DNA of 64,000 nt, from contig NC_091980.1 of assembly GCF_044704955.1 (NCBI RefSeq), positions 293,942,001-294,006,000 of the forward strand. Direction: 5' to 3'. Below the pieces are notes generated by a model. That model was not told where the DNA came from, did not search any database, and saw nothing but the letters and a program-made list of their open reading frames with translations. Positions 10,810-24,006 of this stretch are shown here, piece after piece (positions within the stretch are counted from its first letter, which is position 1; each line of letters starts with the position of its first letter). The position numbers were made by a program, and so were the translations under genes. This stretch comes from Pristiophorus japonicus. Taxonomy: Eukaryota.

Positions 10810-12390
10810 CTATCGTAGGTTCAAGTCCCACTCCAGACTTGAGCACATAATCCAGGCTGACGTTCTCAGTGCAGTACTGCAGTCGGAGGTGCCGTCTTTC
10901 AGATGAGATGTTGAACCGAGGCCCCGTCTGCCCTTTCAGTAGGACATAAACAATCCCATGGCAGTATTTTGAAAAAGAGCAGAGGGAGTTATCCCCAGTG
11001 TCCTAGCCAATATTTATCCTGCGATCAACATCACTGTGGTGTATGTAGCACACAAGTCACTGACTTCACACGGTCTGGTGTAAATCTAACTGCTGTGACC
11101 TTCGTCCTTTATTGTTCAGCTCCAGAGTGCAGCTCAGGTGTGGTGGTCAGCCTTTTATTTTGCCTGTTGCAGGCACTTCCAGGTTTCCCACCACAGCGCC
11201 CTCTGTGGTGTAGCATTGTGCTTATATTACATTTAAGGTACCAGGACAATACACACATCAATATATAACATCACACTTTCCCCCCCCCCCCCACCCCCCC
11301 ACCAGGACGACGATACACACATCAATACATCACACTTGTCCAACAGAAGGCAGGTAGGCATAGACAGTGCATTAGTATGGTACATGTTATCTGGTACATT
11401 AACTAGTTATTGACTGGTAACGGATCCCTGATTTCCTTGTTAGTCCTTATCATTAATTGTACTTCATATCCATTATTTTACACAAATACAGTGGCCATTC
11501 AGCATTAAAAAATTAATTCTTATTATAAATTCGCCATCTCACATTAACATAGCTCATTTTAGACTCGCTCTGCCTTATAGAAGTCCTTTGTGGGGACCAC
11601 CACATGGTAAGGCCCTTTTAAGACTCCTGGGTGCATTTCCTTTTTAAGGCGCCATCTTTGATGCAGGAGGATTCCACGAGGCTTCTCCTTGGGCGCCGCC
11701 ATCTTTGATGCTCTGGACTGAGGCCGCCGCCATCTTGCTCTCCGCCGCTCCGGCAGCCTCCGCTCCCCTCCGAGACAGTAAATCTCATCTCCACAACTGG
11801 AAAGCAATATCGCCTTACGCTTCTCTCTCATTGCGTCCGTGTCCTCCGTCAGGTCGTTTGCTGTGAAGTAGTACTCGAGCCTTTCCGTAAAGGCCTCCCA
11901 ATCATTGCCCACGGTAAAATCCTTTAGCGAGCCCAGAGTAGCCATGGTTGTGTGGAGTTCGTCCGCTTCCTTGTCGCCAATGTGGTGTATGTAGCACACA
12001 AATCACTGACTCCACACGGTCTGGTGTAAATCTAATTGCTGTGACCTTCGTCCTTTATTGTTCAGCTCCAGAGTGCCTCTAAGGGTGGTGGTCAGCCTTT
12101 TATAGCACCTGTTGCAGGTACTTCCAGGTTTCCCACCACAGCGCCCTCTGTGGTGTAGTGCTTACATTACATTTAAGGTACCAGGACGATACACACATCA
12201 ATACATAACAATCACAAAAGCAGATTATCTGGTTATTATCACATTGCTGTTTGTGGGAGCAAATTGGCTGCAGTATTTCCCACATTACAACAATGATTGA
12301 TTACACTCCAAAAGTACCTCATTGGCTGCAAAGCGTTTTGCGACATCCGGTGATCATGAAAGGCGCTGTATAAATTTAAGTCTTTCTTTC
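10810..12390 (+). mobile_element. Deu-domain SINE split by the LTR element (10810-11034 and 12211-12390)
   Basis: SINE sequence ...caacatcac resumes as aaaagcagattatctgg after the insertion, colinear with intact copies at 9610, 28642 and 52253. Confidence 0.85.
11035..12210 (-). mobile_element. Miniature non-autonomous Gypsy-type LTR retrotransposon
   Basis: Direct LTRs 11035-11270 and 11981-12210 with TG...CA ends; 5-bp TSD ATCAC (11030-11034, 12211-12215); TGGCGAC primer-binding site next to the 5' LTR; gag start MATLGSLKDFTVGNDWEAFTERLEYYFTAND...KRKAILLSSCG; purine tract before the 3' LTR. Confidence 0.92.
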
Positions 12391-13354
12391 TTAACTCTCT
12401 CAGCGAAAAAAATGCCTAGCATGCTCACAAACCAGAGGTGTGGCCAGCGAGGAAATGTCTCAAACATGCTCCAACATGGATGGTAGATAGAAAATGTAGG
12501 GCTGAGGCATCAGGCTAGGAGAGGCTATAGCCAGGAGAGCGGTGTGAGATGGAACATGAAAGTAAGCAGGCAGAGGGGCGTTGACAATTTGGAGTGTGAA
12601 ACAGGGCAGAGAAATCATGGTGGGGGAAGAGGGGAGAGCGTGAAAGGCTCAGGTTTGGTAAGATAGGGGTGGTGTCAGCGGTAAAGCAAGGCACTGGGTG
12701 TGTTAGCAGACTGTAGAAGTACTGGGGGAAAAGCAGGGAAAGTAGAAAGTTGTGGGAGCGACTTTCACGGGGGGTGGGGGAAATCAGCATTAATGGGGTG
12801 GTAAGGGGTTAAAAATGGGGTTGCTGTTCTCATCACCCCGTCAACCCAGACAATGGGTCCACTGCAACTTTTACGGACGCCTTTAGCAGGGCAGTTAGAG
12901 CACCAGCCTGAAACAAGCGGTCTTTGTCATGACGTAGTTGGAACCCCGATCACAATGTCAGGGGACACACGGAAGGAGATTGCGATGCACCTTCTCTGCC
13001 CATGAGTATTTCTGATCAGGGAACGGACAGAAACATTTTGTGAAGTAGGAAGGATCAGGCGTGCTCCTGCTGATTCTACAAGAATACTGCACGCCACTGC
13101 GGGCTGGGCCTTGCCTCACGTTCCCCACTTCCCCGAGCTATCTACAGGCCTCTACCAGCATCGCAGTCAGCCCGTATTAGCGAGGCCAGATTGGTGGGCT
13201 GCATCAAGAAGCTAGTTTGGTGTTCACAGGTGACCTGCCAAATGCAAATGAGGCTATCAGAACGGGCGGCCAGCCAGAAGTCAAAATCTAACCCTTGTGA
13301 GAAAGGTTTGGTGACTGGAAGCAGCCCAGAAAACACCATTCTATTCACTTGCGT

Positions 13355-13725
13355 GACATCAGCCGTGGCTCAGCAGTAGCAATATTGCCATGGAGATGTG
13401 ATCTAGGCAAAGAGTGAAGTGCTGGGCTGGGCTGTACTGTCTGAGATGCTGTCTTTTGGCTGAAATGTAAAACTATGGCCACATCTACCCTTTCAGGTGC
13501 ATGTAAAAGACCCTATTTTTGAAGAGCAGGATTGCTCTGGTTAACATTTCTCTCTCAGCCAACACTAAAACCAGCTTAACTGGACATTTATCTCCTTGCT
13601 GTTTGTGGGGCCTTGCTGAACACAATTTCCTACATTACAATAATAATTGTACAGAAGTACTTCATTGGCTGGGAAGAGCTTTGGGGCATTCTGAGGCGTT
13701 GAAGAGCATGGTACAAATCGAGGTT
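13355..13725 (+). mobile_element. Degenerate Deu-domain SINE
   Basis: gtggctcagcagtagc head, degraded core and aagtacttcattggctg tail. Confidence 0.6.
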
Positions 13726-14329
13726 CGTTCATCATTATAAGCCCATTTCACAATAGGGAGCTAGGTTTGGGAGCAAACTAGCACCAGCTGGGCACAAAGT
13801 AAGAGAGCACATGGCAGCAGTGAGCTGCAGCAGCAATTGGGATAAGATGGCACCACTACGAGACTGGGCTGAAGAGTCTTTAACAACCAGCAGCATCTTT
13901 AATGTAGAAAAATGTCTGAAGTACTTCACAAAGGTGGAATCAAAAAAATGTACACTGAGCCAAAGAAGATATTAGGAGGGGGCGACCACAAGCTTGATCA
14001 GAGGTAGGTGGGCTTTGGGAGGGAATTCTAGAATGTGGAGCCCAGATGGCTGAAGGAGCGCGGACGTGGGAGTACCGACAGCGGAGGCAGCATAAAGGCA
14101 GCTGAGCGGTAATTTGAAAAAAAACAGAAGGGGTGACATCACAGGATAGCTGGTAACTGTTTGGTAAAGCACCCACCGTTCTTTTTCTCTTCAGGATAGG
14201 GGCTGAGGTTAAATAGCTGATTAGTAATAAAGCAGATGCTTCGAGATTAGTAACTAATACTATATTATATTAACTTGAATTAGATTCATTGTAATCTTAA
14301 GTTTCTGTAAAGTTAGTAATTAGTTGAAT

Positions 14330-15788
14330 AAAGGCATAGCAGGGCAGCTCGGTCAGTGGAGTGCACATCCTGTGCCATGTGGGAATTCAGGGCGCTTCCC
14401 GTGTCCTGGACGTCCACGTGTGCAGGAAGTGTCGTCAGCTGGAGGAGCTCGGGCTCCGGGTTTGGAGCTTAAGCAGCAGCTGGAGTCACTGCGGTACATC
14501 TGCGAGACTCAGAGCTACGTGGCTAGCACGTTTCAAGAGGTGGTCACCCCACAGATAAGGAGTGCAGAGGCAGAGAAGGAACGGGTGATCGCCAGACAAG
14601 AAAGGAGGACCAGGCAGGTAATGCGGGAGTTCCCCGAGTGCATCTCACTCTCCAACCAGTGTTCTGTTCTGAGTACTGGTGAGGCCGATGGTTCCTCTGG
14701 GGAGTATAGCCAGAGGCAAGTCCACAGGGTGGCTCAGTTGCACCTGGGCGGGGTGGTGGTCGGGGATTTGATAGTTAGGGGAGCAGACAGGTGTCTTTGC
14801 AGCCGCAGGCGTGATTCCAGGATGGTAGGTTGCCTCCCTGGTGCCAGGGTCAAGGATGTCATTGAGCAGCTACAGAACAATCGGAGAAGGAAAGGTGACC
14901 AGTCAGTGGTTGTGGTCTATATTGGTACCAAGGACACAGGTAGGAAGAGGGATGATGTCCTGCAAGCAGATTTTAAGGAGCTAGGAAAAGAATTAAAAAG
15001 CAGGACCTCAAAAGGTAGCAATCTCCGGATTACTCCCAGTGCCACACGCGAGTATAGAAATAGGAGGAAATAGGATAGAGATGAATGCGTGGCTGGAGAC
15101 ATGGTGCAGGAGGGAGATTCCTGGGGCATTGGGACCAGTTCTGGGGGCTGGTGGGACTTGTACAGGTTGGACGGACTGCACCTCAACAGGGCCAGAACCA
15201 ATATCCTCACGGGGAGGTTTGCTAGTACTGTTGGGGAGGGTGCAAACTAATTTGGCAGGGGGATGGACACCAGGATGTAACATTAAAAAGGGGAAATAAA
15301 CTGCTCAAAGGATTGGGAGAGACAGAAAGCACAAAAGTAAGAAATAGAAAGATATTAGGTGGGGTCCAACTAAGAGAGAATACAGGATGGTCTAAGGTGG
15401 GTTGGCAGTCTATGTATATGAACGCACGAAGCGTAATAAACAAACAAGTTAAGTGACCTGCAGGTACAAATTGCCACATGGAAATATGATGTTGTGGCAT
15501 TAACTGAGACCTGGCTCAAAAAAGGGCAGGATTGGGATATTAAATATTCCTGGTTATAAGTTCAGGAAAGATAGGTGCTGGCGTGGCAGTATTGGTTAAG
15601 GAGAATGTTAGTGCTGGAGAGATCAAGGACAGAATTTATATGGCTAGAGTAAAGAAATAATAGAGCTGCCACTACACTACTAGGTGCATTCTATAGACCA
15701 CCAGTTGGAAAAATATGGAGGAGCAAATCCTGAGAGAAATTAGAGATGCAGGAACGAGAGTAATGAGGGATTTCAACTATCCTAATAT
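14330..15788 (+). mobile_element. CR1 5' region: ORF1 (zinc finger/esterase) and start of ORF2 endonuclease, frameshifted
   Basis: HVCRKC, VVVGDLIVRG, CLPGARVKDV, VVVYIGTKD motifs; then YMNARSV, VVALTETWL, FYRPP, DFNYP endonuclease motifs. Confidence 0.85.
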
Positions 15789-17093
15789 GGGGCTCAAATT
15801 TGGCCCTCCTGTTTTTTTTTGTACACTCAGTGGAGATGCACTGACTTCCTAGGGTGAAAACGGCACCAAAAAGATCTCCCTGGATTCTGGCCGCTCTGTG
15901 GACTCTCCCATGATTGGCGCGGCGTGGTCTGGTCTGTCCATTAGGGGGCGGAGCTAGGGACCTGCACAAAACGCAGTGCCGGCAGCTCAACGCATGCGCA
16001 GTAGCTTCTGTCCCCAGCTATGCTGCAGCATGGGATCTCACGAGACGCGCCGGGCAGTCAGAGAGGGGGAGTGGGAGTCGGAGGGGGCCCGCTGACTTCC
16101 TGGGCCGAGGTAGGAAGGTAGGACTCAAGTTTTATTTTTTATTTATTATTGATGGTTTTTATGCTCCTTGAATATTGTTGTGAAGGTGTTTAGTGCTTTG
16201 CAAAGTCCTCTCCACTAACCTCCTCCCACACACCCAATCTCTGGCTACCTGCGCTGATTTCTTAGCTCGCCGCAAGGTTCTCTGTGCAGCCACAAGTGGC
16301 CACATATGCTGGCCTAAGTTAGTTTGGAGCAACTATTAGCTGTCCAAAGTGGCTTAAATGGACAAAACTGATTTGTGTGGCTGGCAACGCTCCCTTTTGA
16401 AAAAAAAACTAAACCGAAAGAATCCTAACTTACTTACACTGGCGCAAATTGAAGATTTTTAAGATACTGCCTGAAAGGGTGATGGAGGAAGACTCAAGCT
16501 GCTTTGAAAAGGGTGTTGGATAAGTAGCTGAAAGAAAACAATTTGTAGGGCTACGGGGAAAGGGCAGGGAAGTGGGACTAGTGGAGAGTTGACACAGGCT
16601 CGACGGGCTGAATGGGGTTACAGCATGGAAGGCAGCCATTCTGTAATTTTAACAACTTGGGGGGAGGAGGAGGGGAGGGACTACACAAGGCAGAGTTTGA
16701 GGAATGGAAAAAAAATTGAGTTGGGGGGAGTTGGAGGAGTAAGGGGGTTTGTAGGTCTGGAGTAAGTTCGAGACCAGAAGGGGCAAGTTCATGAAGGGAT
16801 TTATACACAATAGGTAGTTAAGTGGGAATGGGGTCAAGGCAGGAGATGAACTTGGCAGGCATGGGAGAGAAACTGGAGAGGCAGACGTTCAGGACTAGAA
16901 CAGCAGAGGCAGCCAAACATCTTGCTAACAAAGAGCACAAGGTCCCGCAGTTGTTGCGAGGCAAGGATAGAGAGGAAAAGGGAGAGAAATTTAAAGAGCT
17001 GGGTGGTAGTGAAGTGAAGAAGCCGATTGTTATCCCATGATGAATCCTAGAGTAGTGGGTGTTTTTTGTAGTGAGGTCTGATAGAACTTGGTA

Positions 17094-17520
17094 TAAGAAC
17101 ATAAGAATTCGGAACAGGAGTAGGCCATCTAGCCCCTCGAGCCTGCTCCGCCATTCAACAAGATCATGACTGACCTGGCCGTGGACTCGGCTCCACTTAC
17201 CCGCCCTCTCCCCCGTAACCCTTAATTCACTTATTGGTTAAAAATCTATCTGTGATTTGAATACATTCAATAAGTTAGCCTCAACTGCTTCCCTGGGCAG
17301 AGAATTCCACAGATTCACAACCCTCTGGGAGAAGAAATTCCTTCTCAACTCAGTTTTAAATTGGCTCCCCTGTATTTTGAGGCTGTGCCCCATAGTTCTA
17401 GTCTCCCTGACCAGTGGAAACAACCTCTCTGCCTCTATCTTGCCTATCCCTTTCATTATTTTAAATGTTTTTATAAGATCACCCCTCATCCTTCTGAACT
17501 CCAACGAGTAAAGACCCAGT
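17094..17520 (-). mobile_element. CR1 3'-end fragment
   Basis: Highly similar to 3109-3545; EFRRMRGDLI...NFFSQRVVNLWNSLP. Confidence 0.9.
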
Positions 17521-18345
17521 CAGATCTGGTAATCTACCAGGTACCGTCAAATTTGCACCTCTTGGACTTGAAGGAGCAAAGATAGGGCCATACCAAGGGA
17601 AAGGATCAGATAGGGAGAAAGTGAAGGTTTTGCTGGAGACAAGGGCATCAACGATGGACATGAGAGAGTGGTTGAGCAAACTGCAGAGACTGTGGGGGAA
17701 AGAGCCAAAGGCTAGGCAGTTGGAATTTTGAAAGTGCACTTGTAAGCAACGTGGGCAAGTGTTTTTTTCCCCAGGGGTAGATACAGAAGGAGGTGACGCT
17801 GGAAGGGGATGTGGGTAGTGACAAATACAAGAGGTCAGAGGAACATGCACGATAAAGAAAGCAAGGCAACCTAGAGGCGATCCAACTCAAATAGTTTTTT
17901 GGGCTGAACCTCTCTAGTAAAACTTAGCTAGGAAACTATTTAAGCAGGCAGTGAGCAAATGGGCTGCAAGAGAGCCAGGAATAACTCTGGGTGAATGAGC
18001 TGGAAAGCTAGTGAGTGCCCAGGGCCTTAGAAGCACTCCAGACAGGCCAGGAGGTCGCAGCGGTGGGTCAGTCCAGACAGCTGAGGCTGAATCCTTGAAG
18101 GCAAGGAGCAACAAATCACCTTTGACCACTTTGTTGTTTCTTCCCTCCAAAAGCCAGGTACACAGCCTGGAAGTAGCCACCTACCCCCATGGCATCTCAA
18201 CAACTGGAAAGAGGCTCAGAATGGAGTCATTAAACCAGTTTATTGCTCGGTTTAAAAAAAAATCAAAGCACCACCGTGTTTTAAACACCATGGAAACATC
18301 TCCTGGATTTAAAACAAAACACACATACAACTTGTAGTTAATGTC

Positions 18346-18351
18346 TTTATT
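18346..18351 (-). terminator. Putative polyadenylation signal of NPC2 copy B
   Basis: AATAAA on minus strand ~210 nt after the stop, at a position homologous to 35801-35806 in copy A. Confidence 0.7.
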
Positions 18352-18558
18352 GACCCGCTCAGGTTAGTTTACAAAACCAATCCTCGTAGTAAAACCAAGG
18401 ACAGATCACAATGAAATTCCAGAAAATGTATACTAAAGTTACAAATTAGTGCAAGATTTTGTAAAAATATTTTCCATTTAAACAAAGTTTGGCTTAATTT
18501 CTCCATTGTGCAGCTGACTTGCACAATAATTATTGAAGATCGTAATCAGTGATCTGAT

Positions 18559-18645
18559 TTAGCCGGAAATCTCAACAGGGATCACCCAGCAGAAGATGTC
18601 ATCGCTATTGTCATCCTTCAGCTCCCATTGAACCACCAACTTAAC
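18559..18645 (-). CDS. npc2: NPC2 copy B exon 4 (last coding exon)
   Basis: CAG acceptor; VKLVVQWELKDDNSDDIFCWVIPVEISG-TAA, matching the NPC2 C-terminus. Confidence 0.96.
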   Translation of the reverse strand, partial: VKLVVQWELKDDNSDDIFCWVIPVEISG

Positions 18646-19991
18646 CTGGGGTAGAGGGGAAAAGAAAATAAGTCACAAAAACTTGCCACATCCACCACAA
18701 AAAGCTCATTAGCATATGCCAGATTTTAAATGAGTTAATCATTTCATTCTCAGGCACCAGCTCCGATGGTGATCTTCGACATTCATGTGTATTCATAAAG
18801 GCAAGAATCTCCTCTTTCCTAAAAATACTGTGAACAAATTGACCTAATGCAGTTAAAGCTGTTCGCATCGCCATTAATCGCCTATCCAGCCGTGCCGATA
18901 TTTGACCTGCAGTGTCCAAACCACAAGCTCCAGGCCTGCAAAAAGTCCTGGTCCCTGAATCAGACTTTCCCATCCTGTGGCCTTGAACCTTATTTCCTCT
19001 AGTCTTCACTTTATGACCTTTGCAGGCCCAGTGGATCAGTCAAGCACTACTCCCAGACTGATGGATTAGGAACTACCTTGGCCCTTTTAAAAATCTACCA
19101 GGCCCATAAAGTTGAAAAAGACAAAAGCAAACAGTGTAGCAATTAGAATATAAGCCTTGAGGACAAAATAATCTAACAGAGATACAAGAGTAAAGATGAC
19201 CAAAGGGGAACAGCCAACAAAAATGGTGAGCTAGGAGCAGGCAGGCACTTCTAGCCGCAGCAAAGTAGGCAGCCTTTGCGTTGGTCGGAGACTTAAATTG
19301 CACGTACATGCAAAACAAAAACTGATTTGATTAGGAAACACATATATACACACAAGGCATTTTCCATCATAATTTTATACATCTTCATAGCAACCAACTC
19401 TAGAAAAGATTGGATAGCCTGCTTCCCTCCTCCACAATCACACTCCTTGAGAACTCCCTTTGGTGAATTGTCATCTTAAATAGTGACCACTCGTGTTTTA
19501 GTGTGAAGAAACTCCTCAATTAGGTATAACTGCTGCATTAGTTTTGAATCATATTTTTTGGTTTCTACTAACCCTGTCCTGTTCAAAAATCTTTACCATA
19601 TCTCTACACTGGAATTGAGCAGAACCCGGAACACATGCAAAAGACTAATTAAGTGAACAGTTTCGTATTCAGCTCCCAGAGGGAGTGTCCACACGCATTG
19701 CTCGGAGAAAGCACATTACATCAAACGACTCCACCACCAATATGGAAGTCATCAAGAGCCTGTAGCCCCACTGAACAATAGGACACTGGATAGGCTGAAA
19801 TGACGATCCCCACACTGCATGCTAGGGAAATCTGCAAACAAATGCCTGTTTAAATGGTTATACTCATCCCCACACAGCATGGAGTGGTTTGTTCTACCAG
19901 TTCTTTAGCCCTACTTTCAATGAATAGGCCACAGAATGATCAAGTACAAGGCATGTTATTATGCATTCTAATGTTTAACGAAGACACTTAC

Positions 19992-20164
19992 TGATGGGTA
20001 TTCTCTCTTTATTGGTAAGGAATTGATGTAATTGTACTTCTGATTATTCTGGATGGGACACTGAATCCCAGATTTACAACCATCAGCGTTGGGAATACTA
20101 AATGGAATTGCAATTCCACTCAGGATACCATGAACCACAGCCTTACTTGTTTGACTCGAGGTTG
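19992..20164 (-). CDS. npc2: NPC2 copy B exon 3 (173 nt)
   Basis: AG/GT sites; [58 protein letters not shown]. Confidence 0.97.
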
Positions 20165-20309
20165 CTGTAGAAAGACAAATTACAACAGTTAGCCCACAAG
20201 TTTACTCAGACTAAGGTCACATTAAAAGGAAGTTTACAGCCAACCAGCAGAGCACAGGGTCATACCTGTCATTCCATACTCTGCCACTTGGAGTGAGGGA
20301 GAAGCACAA

Positions 20310-22478
20310 GAATTCTTTATTAAGATGGAGAGTGATAGTATTAATTCAGAGACTAGGGTTCTGAACATAAGGAAAGGTAACTTCGATGGTATGAGACGTG
20401 AATTGGCTAGGATAGACTGGCAAATGACACTTAAAGGGTTGACAGGCAATGGCAGACATTTAAACATTACATGGATGAACTTCAACAATTGTACATCCCT
20501 GTCTGGAGTAAAATTAAAACGGGGAAGGTTGCTTAACCGTGGCTAACAAGGGAAATTAGGGATAGTGTTAAATCCAAGGAAAAGGCATATAAATTGGCCA
20601 GAAAAAGCAACAAACCTAAGTACTGGGAGAAATTTAGAATTCAGCAGAGGAGGACAAAGGGTTTAATTAGGAGGGGGAAAATAGAGTATGAAGAAGCTTG
20701 CAGGGAACATAAAAACTGACTGCAAAAGCTTCTATAGATATGTGAAGAGAAAAAGATTAGTGAAGACCAACATAGGTCCTTTGCAGTCAGAATCAGGTGA
20801 ATTTATAATGGGGAACAAAGAAATGGCAGACCAATTGAACAAATACTTTGGATCTGTCTTCACTAAGGAAGACACAAATAACCTTCCGGAAATACTAGGG
20901 GACCGAGGGTCTAGCGAAAAGGAGGAACTGAAGGAAATCATTTGTCAGGAAATTGTGTTAGGAAGTGGCCCTAGAAATAGTGGATGCATTGATGATTATT
21001 TTCCAACATTTTATTGACTCTGGATCAGTTCCTATGGACTGAAGGGTAGCTAATGTAACACCATTTTTTAAAAAAAGGGAGAGAAAACAAGAAATTATAG
21101 TTAGCCTGACATCGGTGGTGGAGAAAATGTTGGAATCAATTATTAAAGATGAAATAGCAATGCATTTGGAAAGCAGTGACAGGATCAGTCCAAGTCAGCA
21201 TGGATTTAGGAAAAGGAAATCATGCTTGACAAATCTTCTAGAATTTGTTGAGGATGTAACTAGTAGAGTGGACAAGGGAGAACCAGTGGATGTGGTGTAT
21301 TTGGACTGTCAAAAGGCTTTTGACAAGGTTCCACACAAGAGATTAGTGTGCAAAATTAAAGCACATGGTATTGGGGTAATGTGTTGATGTGGATAGAGAA
21401 CTGGTTGGCAGACAGGAAGCAGAGTTGGAATAAACGGGTCCTTTACAGAATAGCAGGTAGTGACCAGTGGGGTGCCGCAGGGTTCAGTGCTGAGACCCCA
21501 GCTATTTACAATATACATCAATGATTTAGAAGGAATTGAATGTAATATCTCCAAGTTTGCAGATGACACTAAGCTGGGTGGCAGTGTGAGCTGTGAGGTG
21601 GATGGTAAGAGGCTGCAGGGTGACTTGGACAGGTTAGGTGAGTGGGCAAATGCATGGCAGATGCAATATAATGTGGATAAATGTGAGGTTATCCACTTTG
21701 GTGGCAAAAACAGGAAGACAGAATATCTGAATGGTGACAGATTAGGAAAAGGGGAGGTGCAACGAGACCTGGGTGTCATGGTACATCAGTCATTGAAGTT
21801 TGGCATGCAGGTACAGCAGGCGGTGAAGAAGGCAAATGGCATGTCGCCTTCATAGCTAGAGGATTTGAGTATAGGAGCAGGGAGGTCTTACTGCACTTGT
21901 ACAGAGCCTTGGTGAGGCCACACCTGAAATATTGTGTTCAGTTTTGGCCTCCTAATCTGAGGAAGGATGTTTTTGCTATTGAGGGAGTACAGCGAAGGTT
22001 CACCAGATTGATTCCCGGAATGGCAGGACTGACATATGAGGAGAGACTGGATCAACTGGACTTGTATCCACTGGAGTTTAGAAGAATGAGAGGGGATCGC
22101 ATAGAAACATAAAATTCTGACGGGATTGGACAGGTTAGAGGCAGGAAGAATGTTCCCGTTGCTGGTGAGTTCCAGAACCAGGGATCACAGTCTAAGAATA
22201 AGGGGTGAGCCATTTAGGATGGAGATGAGGAGAAACTTCTTCACTCGGAGAGCTGTTAACCTGTGGAATTCTCTACCGCAGAGAGTTGTTGAGGCCAGTT
22301 CGTTAGATATATTCAAAATGGAGTTAGATATGGCCTTTATGGCCAAACGGATCAAGGGGTGTGGAGAGAAAGCAGGCAAAGGGTACTGAGGGAATGATCA
22401 GCCATGATCTTATTGAATGGCGGTGCAGGCTCGAAGGGCCGAATGGCCTACTCCTGCCCCTAGTTTCCATGTTTCTAA
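20310..22478 (+). mobile_element. CR1/HER1-type LINE in NPC2-B intron 2, 5'-truncated and frameshifted
   Basis: RT motifs in ORFs 21115-21387 and 21460-21855 (SGVPQG, KFADDTK); tail tttccatgtttct. Confidence 0.95.
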
Positions 22479-24006
22479 GATAGGGAGGACTGGCCCGAGA
22501 CTGCCCTTGCTCCTTCTAGCAGCTGGCACTTGGCCAGTTCTGAAACAACCAATTGTTGTTTCAAAAACAAATTTACACTCAAACAAGATATACCTCAGCT
22601 AAATGCACATTAAAGCTCCCTCTATTCTTGAATAATGTGCCCGAATCTTCACTTTAGCAGAACTCTCATCTCCCTACTCTGTGGATATCTTTCGAATCTC
22701 TGCTGGAGATATCTGTGTTGAGGCCGCTCGGTTGGAAGTTATAATCAGCTCAAACTCATTTCAGTTGGCAACAGCACAGCAAGGGGAGACACCCATCAGC
22801 CGGTGCTGGATCTGAACCCCATTTTGGAGATACAAAAAAAGGGCAGGACAGTGTGTTAGAGCACTTCTCCATCCAGTCTATCTGATGGTCAGTGCACGAA
22901 GAAAATGGGATTGCAATTTTGGTAAATAAATGTTAAAATGTTTCAGTGGGTGGAAATAAATGCAGCTACTCTCTGTTCACCTCTGGTGTGACCTCATTTC
23001 CAAGACTGCATCATCTAAAGTTTTATAAACAGAATGCTGGAAAGCCAGCATGGTCAATACCCAAAAGCTGATGTCACAACAAACAAGATTATTCAGTTTA
23101 CCGTGTCAAAATCTATCCATTGAAACCTACAGTTTCCCCATTACACTATCTCTGCTTCCTGAATGATTCCAGAGATTTGAACCCAAGATCAAGTGTTGAT
23201 CACTGAAGTGCTTCCCGACTACAACCCTCAACTTGTCTTTTTTTTTTTAAATCAGTTCGTACCTACTGAGGATTAACTTCTGAAAGATCCAATCTCATTT
23301 GCTTCCTTCCAAGGTTTAAAGAGTCAAAGTTTTGCTAACGTTTCCTCAGATACGAGGAAAGCAGCCTTCTGGTTCATCTTTGCAACGCACACTTTGCTGT
23401 TTTCCTTGTACTTCTGTGACCAGAGCTGAAACCACTATTCAAGATGGGGCCAGACAAGAGTCCTACAGCTAGACTCGTCCTCTGATTTAACAATATCATA
23501 CAGCATGGTTTGCTTTGATCATTTCTACTCTGCAATGATTGCACAGTGGAGTATCATCATTCCCAGATATCTCTCAGCCTCCCCTCTCCTCCTAGTTTGA
23601 CACCATTCACTATGTCCCACGTATCCCCGCCCATCCCACCCCAAAAGACCTTGCACTTCTCATTGAATTTCAGCTGCTATAATTCTGCCATTTGGAAATA
23701 TTGACTAGGTCTTTCCAGAACTCCTCAGCTCCTTCAGACTCTGCCGCCCCCTCAGTTTGGTAACCCACTGGAAATTTGGCCAGCTTACGTTGCATTTCTG
23801 AGCCACGTTGATCAAAAACAATAGTGGAGCCAGCATCAATCCTTGAAATGTTCCAGTTGGTGTAACATTCTAGCCCAATAACACTCTCTTAACAAATGGC
23901 TGTTGCTTCCTCTCTTTCATTCTCTTCCTTACCCATCATCTCCAAGTTTTACCTAGGATAGCCGTTACCTCAAGATCTAGCAACCTTTCATATGGAATTG
24001 CAATTA

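Noticed and set aside
14324-15073. 249-aa ORF as a novel esterase gene
   Set aside because: CR1 ORF1 remnant with frameshifts, followed by degraded ORF2 endonuclease.
15789-16460. GC-rich block (and similar blocks at ~12760-13290 and 62107-62850) as a promoter or DNA transposon
   Set aside because: Probably interspersed repeats, but I could not define terminal repeats, TSDs or an associated exon.
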